In this document: one piece after another, positions 1 through 9,941 of the stretch | How the letters are laid out: every line of letters starts with the position of its first letter | Position numbering within the stretch: the stretch's first letter is position 1 | Source: Clostridia bacterium | Lineage (GTDB): Bacteria > Bacillota > Clostridia > DUPQ01 | Assembly (NCBI GenBank): GCA_030592085.1 | Contig: JAUUZV010000001.1 | Coordinates: 807-64,806, forward strand | DNA: 64,000 nucleotides | Direction: 5' to 3' | Notes under the pieces: generated by a model | Databases searched by the model: none | What the model was told of the DNA's origin: nothing | The model's input: the letters and a program-made list of their open reading frames with translations, nothing else | Translations under genes and position numbers: made by a program

Positions 1-1
1 A

Positions 2-994
2 AACACCAGTTGGTACCTCTTTTTCAATTTCATATTCTACTACTACTGTACTATTTCCAACTACCCTCGTATAAGTTCCATGTTTGGTATTAGAATATAT
101 CCCACCAGTAACACTATTAATTAAAAAATGTCTTGCATCAATAACTAAATTTCCATTATAATTATTAGTCATTGTAGCATCAAAATAAACTTTATCACCA
201 AAACCAGCATAAATAACTGGATTAGTATAAGTTGAACCGTTAACATAAGTTATTGGAAATGGAGCATTTAACATAGTAGCCCAACGATTTGTAGTAAATC
301 CTTTTACAGCATCTCCTACAGAATCTTCAATAGATAAACCATCTTCATCAACACATTCTTGTTGAGACCCAGCAGTTCCACACCAACACCCAATTTCGGC
401 AGTATAATCTATTCCTTCAGCAAAAGAAGTATATTCTAATATAAAAGAAGAATCAATATCACCATTGATTATCTCTAAATTATCTAAAACAATTACATCT
501 TGTAAACCCGTATTATCTTCTATATCAATTCTACATCTTCCACCAGAAATTAATTTATCATTTTCATCTTTTACAGTTGCATCTAAAGAAGAAGTTAATC
601 CTAAATATAATCCACTTACTGATACTTCTGAAATAACTAAAGAGCTTGCACTTGCTCCAGTTACATTAGCATTATCAAAACCTTCAAGATTAGAACCAGT
701 TAAAGTTGCATTAATTATACCCGTATAATCACTAGGAATAACATAACTCTCATAAAAATGAACATTAGTGTTTGGTGTTGTTCCAGTATCAGTTTGAACT
801 ACATCTCCAGACGAATTGAGCCAAGTTAAAGTATATGATTTTGCTTTTTCTGTAGCTTCATCACAAACATTATCAGCAGATATTTCTTCTGTTGGTGAAT
901 AATCAAACTTATCAAAAGTAACAACACAAACAGCACTAGTAAAACTACTTACTAATATTAATATTACAATTAAAAATATTTTTTTAATTACCAA
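2..994 (-). CDS. Secreted/surface protein, truncated at the left window edge (missing from the ORF track)
   Basis: My translation is open from TTG at 994 to the edge: (M)VIKKIFLIVILILVSSFTSAVCVVTFDKFDYSPTEE...; it has a signal peptide and beta-rich composition, with GAGGT upstream. Confidence 0.8.
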   Translation of the reverse strand, partial: MVIKKIFLIVILILVSSFTSAVCVVTFDKFDYSPTEEISADNVCDEATEKAKSYTLTWLNSSGDVVQTDTGTTPNTNVHFYESYVIPSDYTGIINATLTGSNLEGFDNANVTGASASSLVISEVSVSGLYLGLTSSLDATVKDENDKLISGGRCRIDIEDNTGLQDVIVLDNLEIINGDIDSSFILEYTSFAEGIDYTAEIGCWCGTAGSQQECVDEDGLSIEDSVGDAVKGFTTNRWATMLNAPFPITYVNGSTYTNPVIYAGFGDKVYFDATMTNNYNGNLVIDARHFLINSVTGGIYSNTKHGTYTRVVGNSTVVVEYEIEKEVPTGV

Positions 995-1494
995 TCTCGA
1001 ACCTCTGGCTCTATTACTCCAAGAAGATAATATAAATATTTACCACAATATAATCCTATAACAGCTTGCCCTTTTTTCATATCACCAGAATATGTTTTAA
1101 TATCAGTTTCACTTAACCGACAAACACCATTATTATGATTATGAATTGTACCTATAACCTTTCGTGTACCAATATATGATGGACATGATACATATCTAGC
1201 ACTAGTAGCATTTGACCGTATAATTTCAGTTTCTTGAAATTCATCTATAATTATACCATCAGCTGTTATAATTCCACCTAAACATACTGGAATTTCAACT
1301 TCAGCAGTAAGATATATAGCATCTAATCCATCTTTAACATTCTTATCCATTATTACTTTACTTTCTGTATAAACATTAGATAAAGTATAAAAATTTGTAG
1401 AGAAAAAATAAATACCTAAAGCTACTGCTAATATTAATAATACAAACATTAATTTCAATCCAAACTTTAGTTCTTTTATTCTACTCATTCCCAT
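988..1494 (-). CDS. Membrane-anchored JAB/MPN+ (JAMM) metalloprotease
   Basis: Exact HxH-x7-S-x2-D motif (HNH-NNGVCRL-S-ET-D), upstream E in EIPVCLGG, N-terminal TM helix. Confidence 0.75.
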   Translation of the reverse strand: MGMSRIKELKFGLKLMFVLLILAVALGIYFFSTNFYTLSNVYTESKVIMDKNVKDGLDAIYLTAEVEIPVCLGGIITADGIIIDEFQETEIIRSNATSARYVSCPSYIGTRKVIGTIHNHNNGVCRLSETDIKTYSGDMKKGQAVIGLYCGKYLYYLLGVIEPEVRDW

Positions 1495-1495
1495 T

Positions 1496-1729
1496 TTAAT
1501 TTGTAACCTTCTTTAATATTTTTTTACCACTAACACCTAATATCAATAAAACTATAAGAGCTATCACAATTACAGCTCCGTTTTGTGCGTATGAGTTTGA
1601 AACTCCTAATTTCGCAAGAGTGTCTGATGCTCCTTGATATATTAATCTATAAAACGCCCATGAAATTGTACCTAGCAATACTCCAGATATTGCCCAAAAT
1701 AATGTTGTTTTTCTCCAATCTTTTCCCAT
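1496..1729 (-). CDS. Small 2-TM membrane protein
   Basis: Likely start MGKDW after a GGGTGA RBS; two hydrophobic helices. Confidence 0.65.
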   Translation of the reverse strand: MGKDWRKTTLFWAISGVLLGTISWAFYRLIYQGASDTLAKLGVSNSYAQNGAVIVIALIVLLILGVSGKKILKKVTN

Positions 1730-1917
1730 TATTATCACCCTAAGTTTATAATTCCAGTTATTCTTAATATCAATATTATAAATGCTAATATTGCAAATAT
1801 TAAGCCACCAACGGCTAACCAGTCTCTCCATTTCATTTTATTCTTCGTATATAACACCATGTTCAACACGACAACTTTCTTCTCTACAAATACAACTTTT
1901 ATCCATTTATATACACC

Positions 1918-2307
1918 TCACAATCCAAATTGTTTTTTTAATATTTTTAATAAACTCACTTCACCTATTAACGAATTAAGTAATGCTACTCCAAGTGATC
2001 CTATCAAAAGCATTTTTCTAAAATCTGTAATATCACCTACTAATAGATCATAAGTTGCAGATACAACCACAAATAAAGCTACTCCTATAACAAGACTTTC
2101 GCTAATTTTATTTCCAATACTAAAAATAAATGTTAAACCTATAAGAATATATGTTATTATCATCTGACCTTGATATGAAAAATTTGTCATCATCGGTAGT
2201 ATTACAGCATTAATAATTAACATTAATAAAGTTATAACAGTTACTATAACTTTACCACCATTTTCAATTGGTAGCCCATCTATAAAAAGTCCGTCTGTTT
2301 TACTCAT
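1918..2307 (-). CDS. Multi-pass membrane protein
   Basis: About 4 hydrophobic segments. Confidence 0.7.
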   Translation of the reverse strand: MSKTDGLFIDGLPIENGGKVIVTVITLLMLIINAVILPMMTNFSYQGQMIITYILIGLTFIFSIGNKISESLVIGVALFVVVSATYDLLVGDITDFRKMLLIGSLGVALLNSLIGEVSLLKILKKQFGL

Positions 2308-2491
2308 TTTTTTTCTCCCTCTTCAGTTTTAAAAAAGCATATAGGATAAATATAAGATGCATTAAATTTAAACCAATCATTCCAATTGCATTTCCATATT
2401 TTTCTGCAACCCAAAAGACAACACCTCCATATCCTAATACTACTATCAATAATATTATAAGTGTAATAAACTCACTATCTTTCATTCCCAT
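2300..2491 (-). CDS. Small 2-TM protein
   Basis: Hydrophobic; overlaps the next gene. Confidence 0.65.
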   Translation of the reverse strand: MGMKDSEFITLIILLIVVLGYGGVVFWVAEKYGNAIGMIGLNLMHLIFILYAFLKLKREKKNE

Positions 2492-2494
2492 TTT

Positions 2495-2674
2495 TTAAAA
2501 ACTTCTCAATATTTTTTCATAATTATTGACTGCTCTATCAAGTTTTCTATGTTTTGTTTCTTCAATTTGTTCGCCATTAGCATTTACTGTAACAATATAT
2601 GTTTTATTATATTGATACATATCTACAACAAGATTTCCAGCATCTCCAATATCACGTTTCAAATGTTTTTTCAT
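2495..2674 (-). CDS. Small soluble hypothetical protein (59 aa, below track cutoff)
   Basis: MKKHLKRDIGDAGNLVV...LRSF; fills the gap exactly. Confidence 0.6.
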   Translation of the reverse strand: MKKHLKRDIGDAGNLVVDMYQYNKTYIVTVNANGEQIEETKHRKLDRAVNNYEKILRSF

Positions 2675-2675
2675 T

Positions 2676-3035
2676 TTAATCTACCACAAATAACTCCATA
2701 AATATTACTGCAATTGCTATAAAACTTGCAATAGCTTTAAACGTTGAAAAAATTAACCATGTAACATTAAAAAAACTAATTACTCCTGTTAAAAATACAG
2801 CAAATCCTACAATTAATGTTATTAATTTGGGAATATTTTCATCAAAATTATTATTTGTTAATATTTTTAATGCGCCAGCTTCAAACATTAAACCAAGACC
2901 TAAAATAATAAATATTGTATTACTTACTACTACATCAATATTAACTATATTTAAATTATTTAATCCTGTAGCAAGAAATCCTAAAATACTCACTGCTGAA
3001 AGAAAATAAATAAATTTTGGTTTAGTTTTTATCAT
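2676..3035 (-). CDS. 4-TM membrane protein
   Basis: Hydrophobic segments throughout. Confidence 0.7.
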   Translation of the reverse strand: MIKTKPKFIYFLSAVSILGFLATGLNNLNIVNIDVVVSNTIFIILGLGLMFEAGALKILTNNNFDENIPKLITLIVGFAVFLTGVISFFNVTWLIFSTFKAIASFIAIAVIFMELFVVD

Positions 3036-3036
3036 T

Positions 3037-3207
3037 TTAATCAAGTATCTCCGTGAATAATGAAATCATTATCACAAATATTGCAGCACCTGCTGCTTCT
3101 TGTCCTAAATCTCTTGCAACTGTAACCCCACTAGATAATCCCCATAAATATGCAACAAGACTTAGTAAAAGAACAGTTAATGATGCAACAAGTGCTTTTG
3201 GGTTCAT
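3037..3207 (-). CDS. Small 2-TM protein (56 aa)
   Basis: MNPKALVASLTVLLLSLVAYLWG...; tiles between its neighbours. Confidence 0.6.
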   Translation of the reverse strand: MNPKALVASLTVLLLSLVAYLWGLSSGVTVARDLGQEAAGAAIFVIMISLFTEILD

Positions 3208-3491
3208 TTTACAGCAACCTCTGATGTTATACCATTACCACTCAAAAATGATGCAACTCTACCAGCAAGTAATGTTTGTTCATCTTTTGTTGGTGATACA
3301 TATTTTCCTGTTTCTTCATTTAATTCTTTTATTGTAATATTCATCTGATTACCAGATATTTTAGCAACACCAATGAATTTTCCCTTTGTTCTTTTTTTCA
3401 TAGATCCAACAATCATATTTCCCAACTGAGCAAGCTTAGTTGAATCATATGTAACTCCTGGCCTTTTTAGATTTTTTACGACGACTACCAT
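3204..3491 (-). CDS. Small soluble basic hypothetical protein
   Basis: AGGTGA RBS, ATG start. Confidence 0.7.
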   Translation of the reverse strand: MVVVVKNLKRPGVTYDSTKLAQLGNMIVGSMKKRTKGKFIGVAKISGNQMNITIKELNEETGKYVSPTKDEQTLLAGRVASFLSGNGITSEVAVK

Positions 3492-3495
3492 TTTT

Positions 3496-4026
3496 TCACC
3501 TTCTTACTATTATTTCATCAGCAAATACACCAACAATAAAAATTATTAACCCTACACCAAAAAAAGTATATACATTAGCAATTTTTAATTTGGTAATTAA
3601 ATCTAGATACTGATTTATGATTATTACTGTAATACCAATAAAAGCTAATATCTTACCTATATTAACCATAATACACTCCATAAAAGATTAAAGCTGCGCC
3701 TAATATTAAACCGCAAACCATTATCCAAATTTTGTATTTTTTCCAAAATGCCATTTTTCACCTCAATCTATAAACTAAATACCAAATATAAATTAAAATT
3801 GTCATTAAAAACGCTACAATATAATATATATTAGTAAATAATTGTTGACTTAACTGTATTAAATTATTAAAAATTATTATTGATATAGCTAACACACTTA
3901 TTATAAAAACACTTAATTTTTTAGGTTGCATTATATTATACCAGATCCTTTTAATACTAATAATATAATTACTATAGTACCCACAATTAATACGATTTCA
4001 TCCCAATGTTTTTTAATAAATATCAT
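3496..4026 (-). CDS. Run of four tiny TM ORFs (3496-3669, 3662-3754, 3758-3931, 3931-4026)
   Basis: 30-57 aa hydrophobic ORFs with abutting or overlapping stop/start codons. Confidence 0.55.
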
Positions 4027-4033
4027 TTTTACC

Positions 4034-4378
4034 TCAATCAAACATGCCTGGTTTACCATCTTTACCAGGTAAATAAATCAGTATTAACAAAAATACTATC
4101 ACAACACCACCAGTAAGTATTACTCCCCAAAGTGGATTAGCAAATAAATCTTCTATGAATGAAAATCCAAAACTAATTACTAAACCAAAAATAAATATAC
4201 CTGTCATTAGTTTATCAACTATTCCAAAATCAAAAATAGAACCTACTCCACCCTTAAACTTCAAATATGATTTATAAAATATAAAATACACTGCACTAAG
4301 CAACACCATTAATAGACCTACTATTGTATAACTATTTATATTTGGTAATATTATACTCCAAAAACTTGGTAATGTCAT
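4034..4378 (-). CDS. 3-TM membrane protein
   Basis: GGAGG RBS; hydrophobic. Confidence 0.7.
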   Translation of the reverse strand: MTLPSFWSIILPNINSYTIVGLLMVLLSAVYFIFYKSYLKFKGGVGSIFDFGIVDKLMTGIFIFGLVISFGFSFIEDLFANPLWGVILTGGVVIVFLLILIYLPGKDGKPGMFD

Positions 4379-4440
4379 TTTTATTTTCGCCTCCGTATCT
4401 TTTATTTGTTATTAATTCTAATTTTTTTAAGCTGTTTTAT

Positions 4441-4772
4441 TTAATCTTCCATATCTTTTCTTCCAATTACATACAAAACTATTAACATTAATCCAACAAC
4501 TAAAGATCCTACCCAAGCACCTGATTGATTTGCCACGACTAAATTTACAACAAACCCAGCAGAAAATACAATATCATATATTATTTTTTTTGTCATTTTT
4601 TCACCAACCGCACAATCCAATAAAATATTAAAGCAATAGGTAAAACTAAAGTTATAACAAACCAAATCCAATCAGCATCTTTTGCTTGTTGAATTAATGT
4701 TACAACCCAAACCAAAGACAATAATATTCCTACAATAACCATCAATCCTAATGCTTGAAACTGATCCATCAT
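4441..4772 (-). CDS. Two small 2-TM proteins (4441-4596, 4593-4772)
   Basis: Hydrophobic, translationally coupled. Confidence 0.55.
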
Positions 4773-4773
4773 T

Positions 4774-5985
4774 TTAGAAGCCACCACTTCCTTGTTTTTT
4801 CTTAATTAGTGTTATCATTAATACAACTATTATTAATAATAATATTCCACCAACTATCCATACTAAAAATGATTCATCATCACTACCAGGTAACCCACCA
4901 CCACCAACAGCTATACACGTTTGTGTTTGTGGATTAAAAAATGGTTTTTCGCTTGGACACGTCTCACCAATTTTAACACAATCATTTGTAAATTCTAATT
5001 TACTAAGTTCTTCATTACAAGACATCTTACAACTTTCAGTTGAATCTTTTTGTATATATGAATCACCTATACCTATAAATTTATCGCAAAATTTACCATC
5101 TGGTGTTGATTGCCATGCTGTACCATCATCATTACACAAAGGAGATGCTGGTGAACAAACAATTGTATTATCTTTTACAAAACTAGAAGGTCTTACATCA
5201 ACATATATTTTATTATCTTCTGTAAATGTTGGATGATAACCTCCAGGACCTTCAACATAAACAGCTTGTCCATCTATATTTACAATCATTCTCGGGCTTT
5301 GAACTAAAGTTTGTCCAATAATTATTGGAATAGTTTGACCAACTCTAATTATATTATTACTAGGTAAATCTTTTACAATTTCAGGAAAAGATCCTTGATA
5401 TTTACTATAAAGACCTACATCACATGTTCCTAATATATCTACCTTTCCAGTTCCAGTAAATTGCCATAATCCATATGGTTGTGAATTTGTATGAATTATT
5501 ATATCTCCTTCATCTAAAAGAAAATTAGCTCCTGTATATTGAACTGTTATAGCGTCTTGATTACTTACTGGAATAATTGGTGTAAATCCTTTTTTACTTA
5601 AAGTACCAGTTATTTGGCATGAAGAAAAACTACATTTTCCATATTTTATTTCCAAACTTGGTTCAAAAAAACCATCATCAATTTGTTCAATTTGAAAATT
5701 ACAACCTAATGGATAATGACCTGCTAAATCCCTACTTCCACAATATATATCCTTTCTAGCACCAAAAGCATCAGCATCTTTATATTTTGACAAATCCCAT
5801 ATATCCATAGTCACTTCTGGTAATTTATCACATATAACTGTGGTATATAATGGAATATAATATTGTCCACTAGCTTGATATATCGAAAACGGCAAACTAC
5901 TTCTATTTGTATATAAAATACCAGCGCCCATTACTAATACAATTACTATTAATGCCACAAATATTTGATTTTTAGATTTCACCAT
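4774..5985 (-). CDS. Cys-rich surface protein with N- and C-terminal TM helices
   Basis: N-terminal hydrophobic helix, Cys-rich distal part, C-terminal TM followed by KKK. Confidence 0.8.
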   Translation of the reverse strand: MVKSKNQIFVALIVIVLVMGAGILYTNRSSLPFSIYQASGQYYIPLYTTVICDKLPEVTMDIWDLSKYKDADAFGARKDIYCGSRDLAGHYPLGCNFQIEQIDDGFFEPSLEIKYGKCSFSSCQITGTLSKKGFTPIIPVSNQDAITVQYTGANFLLDEGDIIIHTNSQPYGLWQFTGTGKVDILGTCDVGLYSKYQGSFPEIVKDLPSNNIIRVGQTIPIIIGQTLVQSPRMIVNIDGQAVYVEGPGGYHPTFTEDNKIYVDVRPSSFVKDNTIVCSPASPLCNDDGTAWQSTPDGKFCDKFIGIGDSYIQKDSTESCKMSCNEELSKLEFTNDCVKIGETCPSEKPFFNPQTQTCIAVGGGGLPGSDDESFLVWIVGGILLLIIVVLMITLIKKKQGSGGF

Positions 5986-5987
5986 TT

Positions 5988-6258
5988 TTATTCATCTCCT
6001 AAAAAATTTTGTTTAATTAAATATAATATTAAAGACATAAAATATACCATATTTATAATCAATTCAATACTATCAAACCCTTTTGTTAAGCCATATAAAA
6101 CTAATACTATAGTAGCTACAAAAATTACAGCATTAAGAGACACATCTAACATATCCATTTTATATCACATTTAGTACTTTTAAAATAATTAAAATTATAG
6201 CTATTAAACCTAATATAATAGCTAACCATGAAACACTTTTATTTAATACATTCCCCAT
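5988..6258 (-). CDS. Two tiny TM ORFs (5988-6158, 6160-6258)
   Basis: 56 and 32 aa hydrophobic ORFs tiling the gap. Confidence 0.55.
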
Positions 6259-6260
6259 TT

Positions 6261-7667
6261 TCAGAACCCCTGTGATTTTGGTTTCAATGTATATATTAAT
6301 AATAAAACTAACAAAGCAACAACAAATACAATTGCTATAATTGATTGTGTTTTATAATCATCCCAAAAATCTTTTATTCCTGATGTTGTAAAAACTTTAT
6401 TTATGCTAAACGCACAATTATTTTCATCATTTAATATTTGATATGTTTTACAGCCATTTATAATACCACCTATAGCATTACTATCATCAGTACAAATCCC
6501 ACCAATACAATACTCACCATCTATTTTACAATCTGTACTTAACGTACAAATATCAACAACACTACTACCACACTCACCGGTTATAAGATTACATTCGCCA
6601 GAACATTTATTGGTAACAGTACATTTAGTTTCGGCACATTCATTAAGTGTACATTTATTTCCATCATCACACTCATCATTATTAGAACATACTATATCAG
6701 TTGCACACTCTAAAGTTGAATCTATTGTAAGACCTTGAGGACATTCATTATCCCAAGGTACACTTTCTACAGAAGTTCCTTCACAATAATAACAAGTAAC
6801 TTTTGTTAATTCAATATCATTATTTATATCACCTTTACAAACACCATCAAAACATATATAGCCAGAACCACAACCTACCTTAGTTGAACTTGGTGTATTA
6901 TCACTACAAATAAATTCTATTATATCTTGACTACCATCACACAAATCAGTTTGTTTTCCATTAGCAATAACATTAGAACCTTCTAAAATTTTCCAAGTAA
7001 CAGTGCCCTTTGTCGTTATAGCATGCCCACCATCAGAATCAGAACATTCATATGTTTTATCAATTGACTCTGGATCTACACAAGCACCATCTTTACAAAT
7101 ACCATCATTAGAACATACTGTAGTAGTTGTTCTTGGAGCATTGTCAGAATCACATGATTGTTCTCTTAAATCTTGATAACCATAACACTCATCTTCATCA
7201 GTTCCTTCACCTAAAATTCCTTGTTTATAAGCTACTACTGACCATTTTACACTTCCTTTTTTATCATACACTATACCACCATCAGAATCAAAACATGAAA
7301 ACTTATGAAGTTTACCATCAACACAATTATAACCAGATAATGATGCTAAAACTGCTTTTACTTCAGTACCATCACAATAATATTCTTTCACTTTAAGATA
7401 ATTATCACACTTGTCTATAAATGTTCCTGTATTAGAAATTACAGTACCTTTTATACCATATGTTTTTCCTTCGTCTGTATCTACACAAGTAGGAGCTGCT
7501 GGTGCTATAGCAAATGATAATCTTGATTCGACTTCAACATCTTCTTCAATAAGTTGTGCTTCAAAAATAGAAGCACTCGTACCATATTTATTATATAGGA
7601 AAATTCCTCCTATAGCAATAAATACTATAATGATAACAATTGGTATTATTTTTTTATTTTTTGACAT
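6261..7667 (-). CDS. Cys-rich repeat surface protein (three CxD[ST]DxG...KG[ST]V repeats), TM at both ends
   Basis: CVDTDEG..KGTV, CFDSDGG..KGSV, CSDSDGG..KGTV; start MSKNKK after GGAGG. Confidence 0.8.
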   Translation of the reverse strand: MSKNKKIIPIVIIIVFIAIGGIFLYNKYGTSASIFEAQLIEEDVEVESRLSFAIAPAAPTCVDTDEGKTYGIKGTVISNTGTFIDKCDNYLKVKEYYCDGTEVKAVLASLSGYNCVDGKLHKFSCFDSDGGIVYDKKGSVKWSVVAYKQGILGEGTDEDECYGYQDLREQSCDSDNAPRTTTTVCSNDGICKDGACVDPESIDKTYECSDSDGGHAITTKGTVTWKILEGSNVIANGKQTDLCDGSQDIIEFICSDNTPSSTKVGCGSGYICFDGVCKGDINNDIELTKVTCYYCEGTSVESVPWDNECPQGLTIDSTLECATDIVCSNNDECDDGNKCTLNECAETKCTVTNKCSGECNLITGECGSSVVDICTLSTDCKIDGEYCIGGICTDDSNAIGGIINGCKTYQILNDENNCAFSINKVFTTSGIKDFWDDYKTQSIIAIVFVVALLVLLLIYTLKPKSQGF

Positions 7668-7674
7668 TTTTAAT

Positions 7675-8289
7675 TCATCCTCCAGTTGGTACAATTATTA
7701 TTTTACTTACATTATCGGTTACAATAGGTACAATATCAGCAGTTGTTTGAATTGCCACAGGTGTTAATACTCCAGCCAAAGCATCCCACCATACACCAAA
7801 ATTCCAAAGCCAATTAACAATTCCCTTAAAAGGAATAATATTTGGCTTATTCATCAATAATCCATAAGAAAATTCAGCAAATGCAAAAATTAATAATATA
7901 ATTCCTATTATCATAAGGTCAGTCGTTGGATCAAGTTGACTTCTACCAGCAAACCAGTTTCCTACTTTATACATTAAAAAACCTACAATTATAAATAATG
8001 CAACATAAATTAAAACTTGTTTAGCTAATGCTGATTTATAATCTGATCTTAAATTTTCAGGTAAAGTATTAATAACTTCTCCACTTTTTAATTGTTCCAT
8101 AGCACTATCAATTTGGCCATCACTATATACAACTTGACCAATTGTAGCATCAACAACTGGTTTCCAATCACCTGTATCTTTCCATACAACAATACCATTT
8201 ATTATACCAGCTATCATTCCTATAATTAACATACTATAAAATATTATAGACATGAATTTCAACATTGATGGTCCGGCTATTATTCCCAT
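7675..8289 (-). CDS. Multi-pass membrane protein
   Basis: 3-4 TM segments. Confidence 0.75.
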   Translation of the reverse strand: MGIIAGPSMLKFMSIIFYSMLIIGMIAGIINGIVVWKDTGDWKPVVDATIGQVVYSDGQIDSAMEQLKSGEVINTLPENLRSDYKSALAKQVLIYVALFIIVGFLMYKVGNWFAGRSQLDPTTDLMIIGIILLIFAFAEFSYGLLMNKPNIIPFKGIVNWLWNFGVWWDALAGVLTPVAIQTTADIVPIVTDNVSKIIIVPTGG

Positions 8290-8292
8290 TTT

Positions 8293-8508
8293 TTATTCCC
8301 TTATTTTTATTTTTACAGCAATAATCTCGTTAAATCTTTGAACAGGATATTTTCGAAACTCAATTCCACTATCTCTTAATAGTTGAGTTTCTTTATCTAT
8401 TTTTTTAGTATTAGTAATTGGTATAACTTGATAAGTTCTCCAATTAGGATAATTTCTAATTTTTTTAAATTCAGTTTTCATTAATTCTTTCATATCTATA
8501 TTTGTCAT
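8293..8508 (-). CDS. Small basic hypothetical protein
   Basis: ORF track; likely start MTNID. Confidence 0.55.
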   Translation of the reverse strand: MTNIDMKELMKTEFKKIRNYPNWRTYQVIPITNTKKIDKETQLLRDSGIEFRKYPVQRFNEIIAVKIKIRE

Positions 8509-8510
8509 TT

Positions 8511-8828
8511 TTATCTCACACATGTTTCATATTTACCAACACAATCTTCAATTGGCCTTATACTAAGTCCACATGTTCCATTATGTGCTGGATTTGTTCG
8601 TATTAATTTTGTACATAAATAAGTTAAACAATTATCATCTTGTATTTCTTCACACATTCCATAAAAACTATCTTTTGGTGCTTCAACATGTTCTGTAAAA
8701 ATTTTAGCATTATTTTGTGTTGGGGTTTCTACTGGAAAAAATATTGATATACTAATGATAATAATGAACATAACAATAACTATAAGTATTACTTTTGTAA
8801 ATATATTTGGTTTTGTATTTTGTGACAT
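8511..8828 (-). CDS. Single-TM protein with Cys-rich ectodomain
   Basis: TM helix followed by six Cys. Confidence 0.7.
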   Translation of the reverse strand: MSQNTKPNIFTKVILIVIVMFIIIISISIFFPVETPTQNNAKIFTEHVEAPKDSFYGMCEEIQDDNCLTYLCTKLIRTNPAHNGTCGLSIRPIEDCVGKYETCVR

Positions 8829-8874
8829 TTTTTATCTCATAATGTAAATTAAAAAATAAAAAAAATTGTTAGAT

Positions 8875-9885
8875 TTAACTAACGGATAATACGAGCCTAG
8901 GTAGGTTTATAGTAGCTACAGCGACTTGCGTTGCTGCATCTGTCCAACATCCAACGTTTATTGTATCCTGTGCTTTTACAGAATTATATCTACCTTCTGC
9001 ACAAAATTCAATAATAGGGTCATCGCTTGGATTTACTCCAGCAGCCGATTCCATATAAAAGTCGACGTAAGATTCTCTATCCCCAATAGTTCCAATGTCA
9101 TAAGCATATTCATATCCTGAATATTTTCTTAAATCATCTGAAGCCATACTGGTTTTAACATCTACTAATTTTTGTCCACCATCTCTTGATACGATTGGTT
9201 CATCATATTCCGACCCATCAGCATCCACAAGCATAAATACCTTTAGACCATCTTCACCAAATTGTTTCTTGGTTTCGTTTGTTTTCATATAGATTCTTGT
9301 ATCTATATATCCATCAGTAGCTAAAGTTAGTGCTGAATTACCTGAAGCATCTGCAACTGTTAAACTAGATCCATTTGCATCTATGTAAGCAGTACTTCCA
9401 CCAATCTCAAAGAAAGTTGATCCACCGGAATACTTATCTTCTACCTTAAATTTAGGTGAGTCAATAGCTTTTCCCATAACATCTATCTTTGCGGTTGCTC
9501 CTACTGCACTAAACTCTACACTTTCAGCACTTGTATATGCGTCTACACTTGTTACTGTAATAACTTTCCAACCTGTACCACAAGTTACATCTGCATTACT
9601 TGAAAAATTTCCATTAGTATGTAATGTTCCTAATGTAGTTCGTCTTTCATTTGCATTTGTTGGTACTGCATATGCTGTTGGGTTTCCATATGTTATTGTT
9701 GACGCAAGTCCTTCTTGATATCGAACAACAATACCTGTTAATTCGCTATCTGGGCAACTTGCAACAACACCGCCAACTTGCGCACCAGGTGTTCCTGGTT
9801 GTGGGGCAGTACTAGCTGGAGCGCAAGCACCTAATATGACTGATAATGCTAAAAGCATACCAATCAACATGTTTCTTTTCTTCAT
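8875..9885 (-). CDS. Putative major coat/envelope protein, paralog B, lipoprotein-type signal
   Basis: Start MKKRN after GAGGTG; signal ends ILGA-C; strong paralogy to 10916-12013; followed by an oligo-T terminator. The structural role is inferred. Confidence 0.6.
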   Translation of the reverse strand: MKKRNMLIGMLLALSVILGACAPASTAPQPGTPGAQVGGVVASCPDSELTGIVVRYQEGLASTITYGNPTAYAVPTNANERRTTLGTLHTNGNFSSNADVTCGTGWKVITVTSVDAYTSAESVEFSAVGATAKIDVMGKAIDSPKFKVEDKYSGGSTFFEIGGSTAYIDANGSSLTVADASGNSALTLATDGYIDTRIYMKTNETKKQFGEDGLKVFMLVDADGSEYDEPIVSRDGGQKLVDVKTSMASDDLRKYSGYEYAYDIGTIGDRESYVDFYMESAAGVNPSDDPIIEFCAEGRYNSVKAQDTINVGCWTDAATQVAVATINLPRLVLSVS

Positions 9886-9941
9886 TTTGGTTTCCACCTC
9901 ATTATATTTATCTATTAAACTACTATATGTAGTCAATATCT

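Noticed and set aside
4774..6275. Shared QG(SG)GF/SQGF tails as a sorting signal
   Set aside because: Both tails overlap G-rich RBS-like sequence for the next ATG, and there are only two examples
7675..7700. C-terminal IIIVPTGG of a membrane protein as a second Ubl tail
   Set aside because: The GG codons are the GGAGG RBS of the next gene, and the protein is multi-TM rather than beta-grasp
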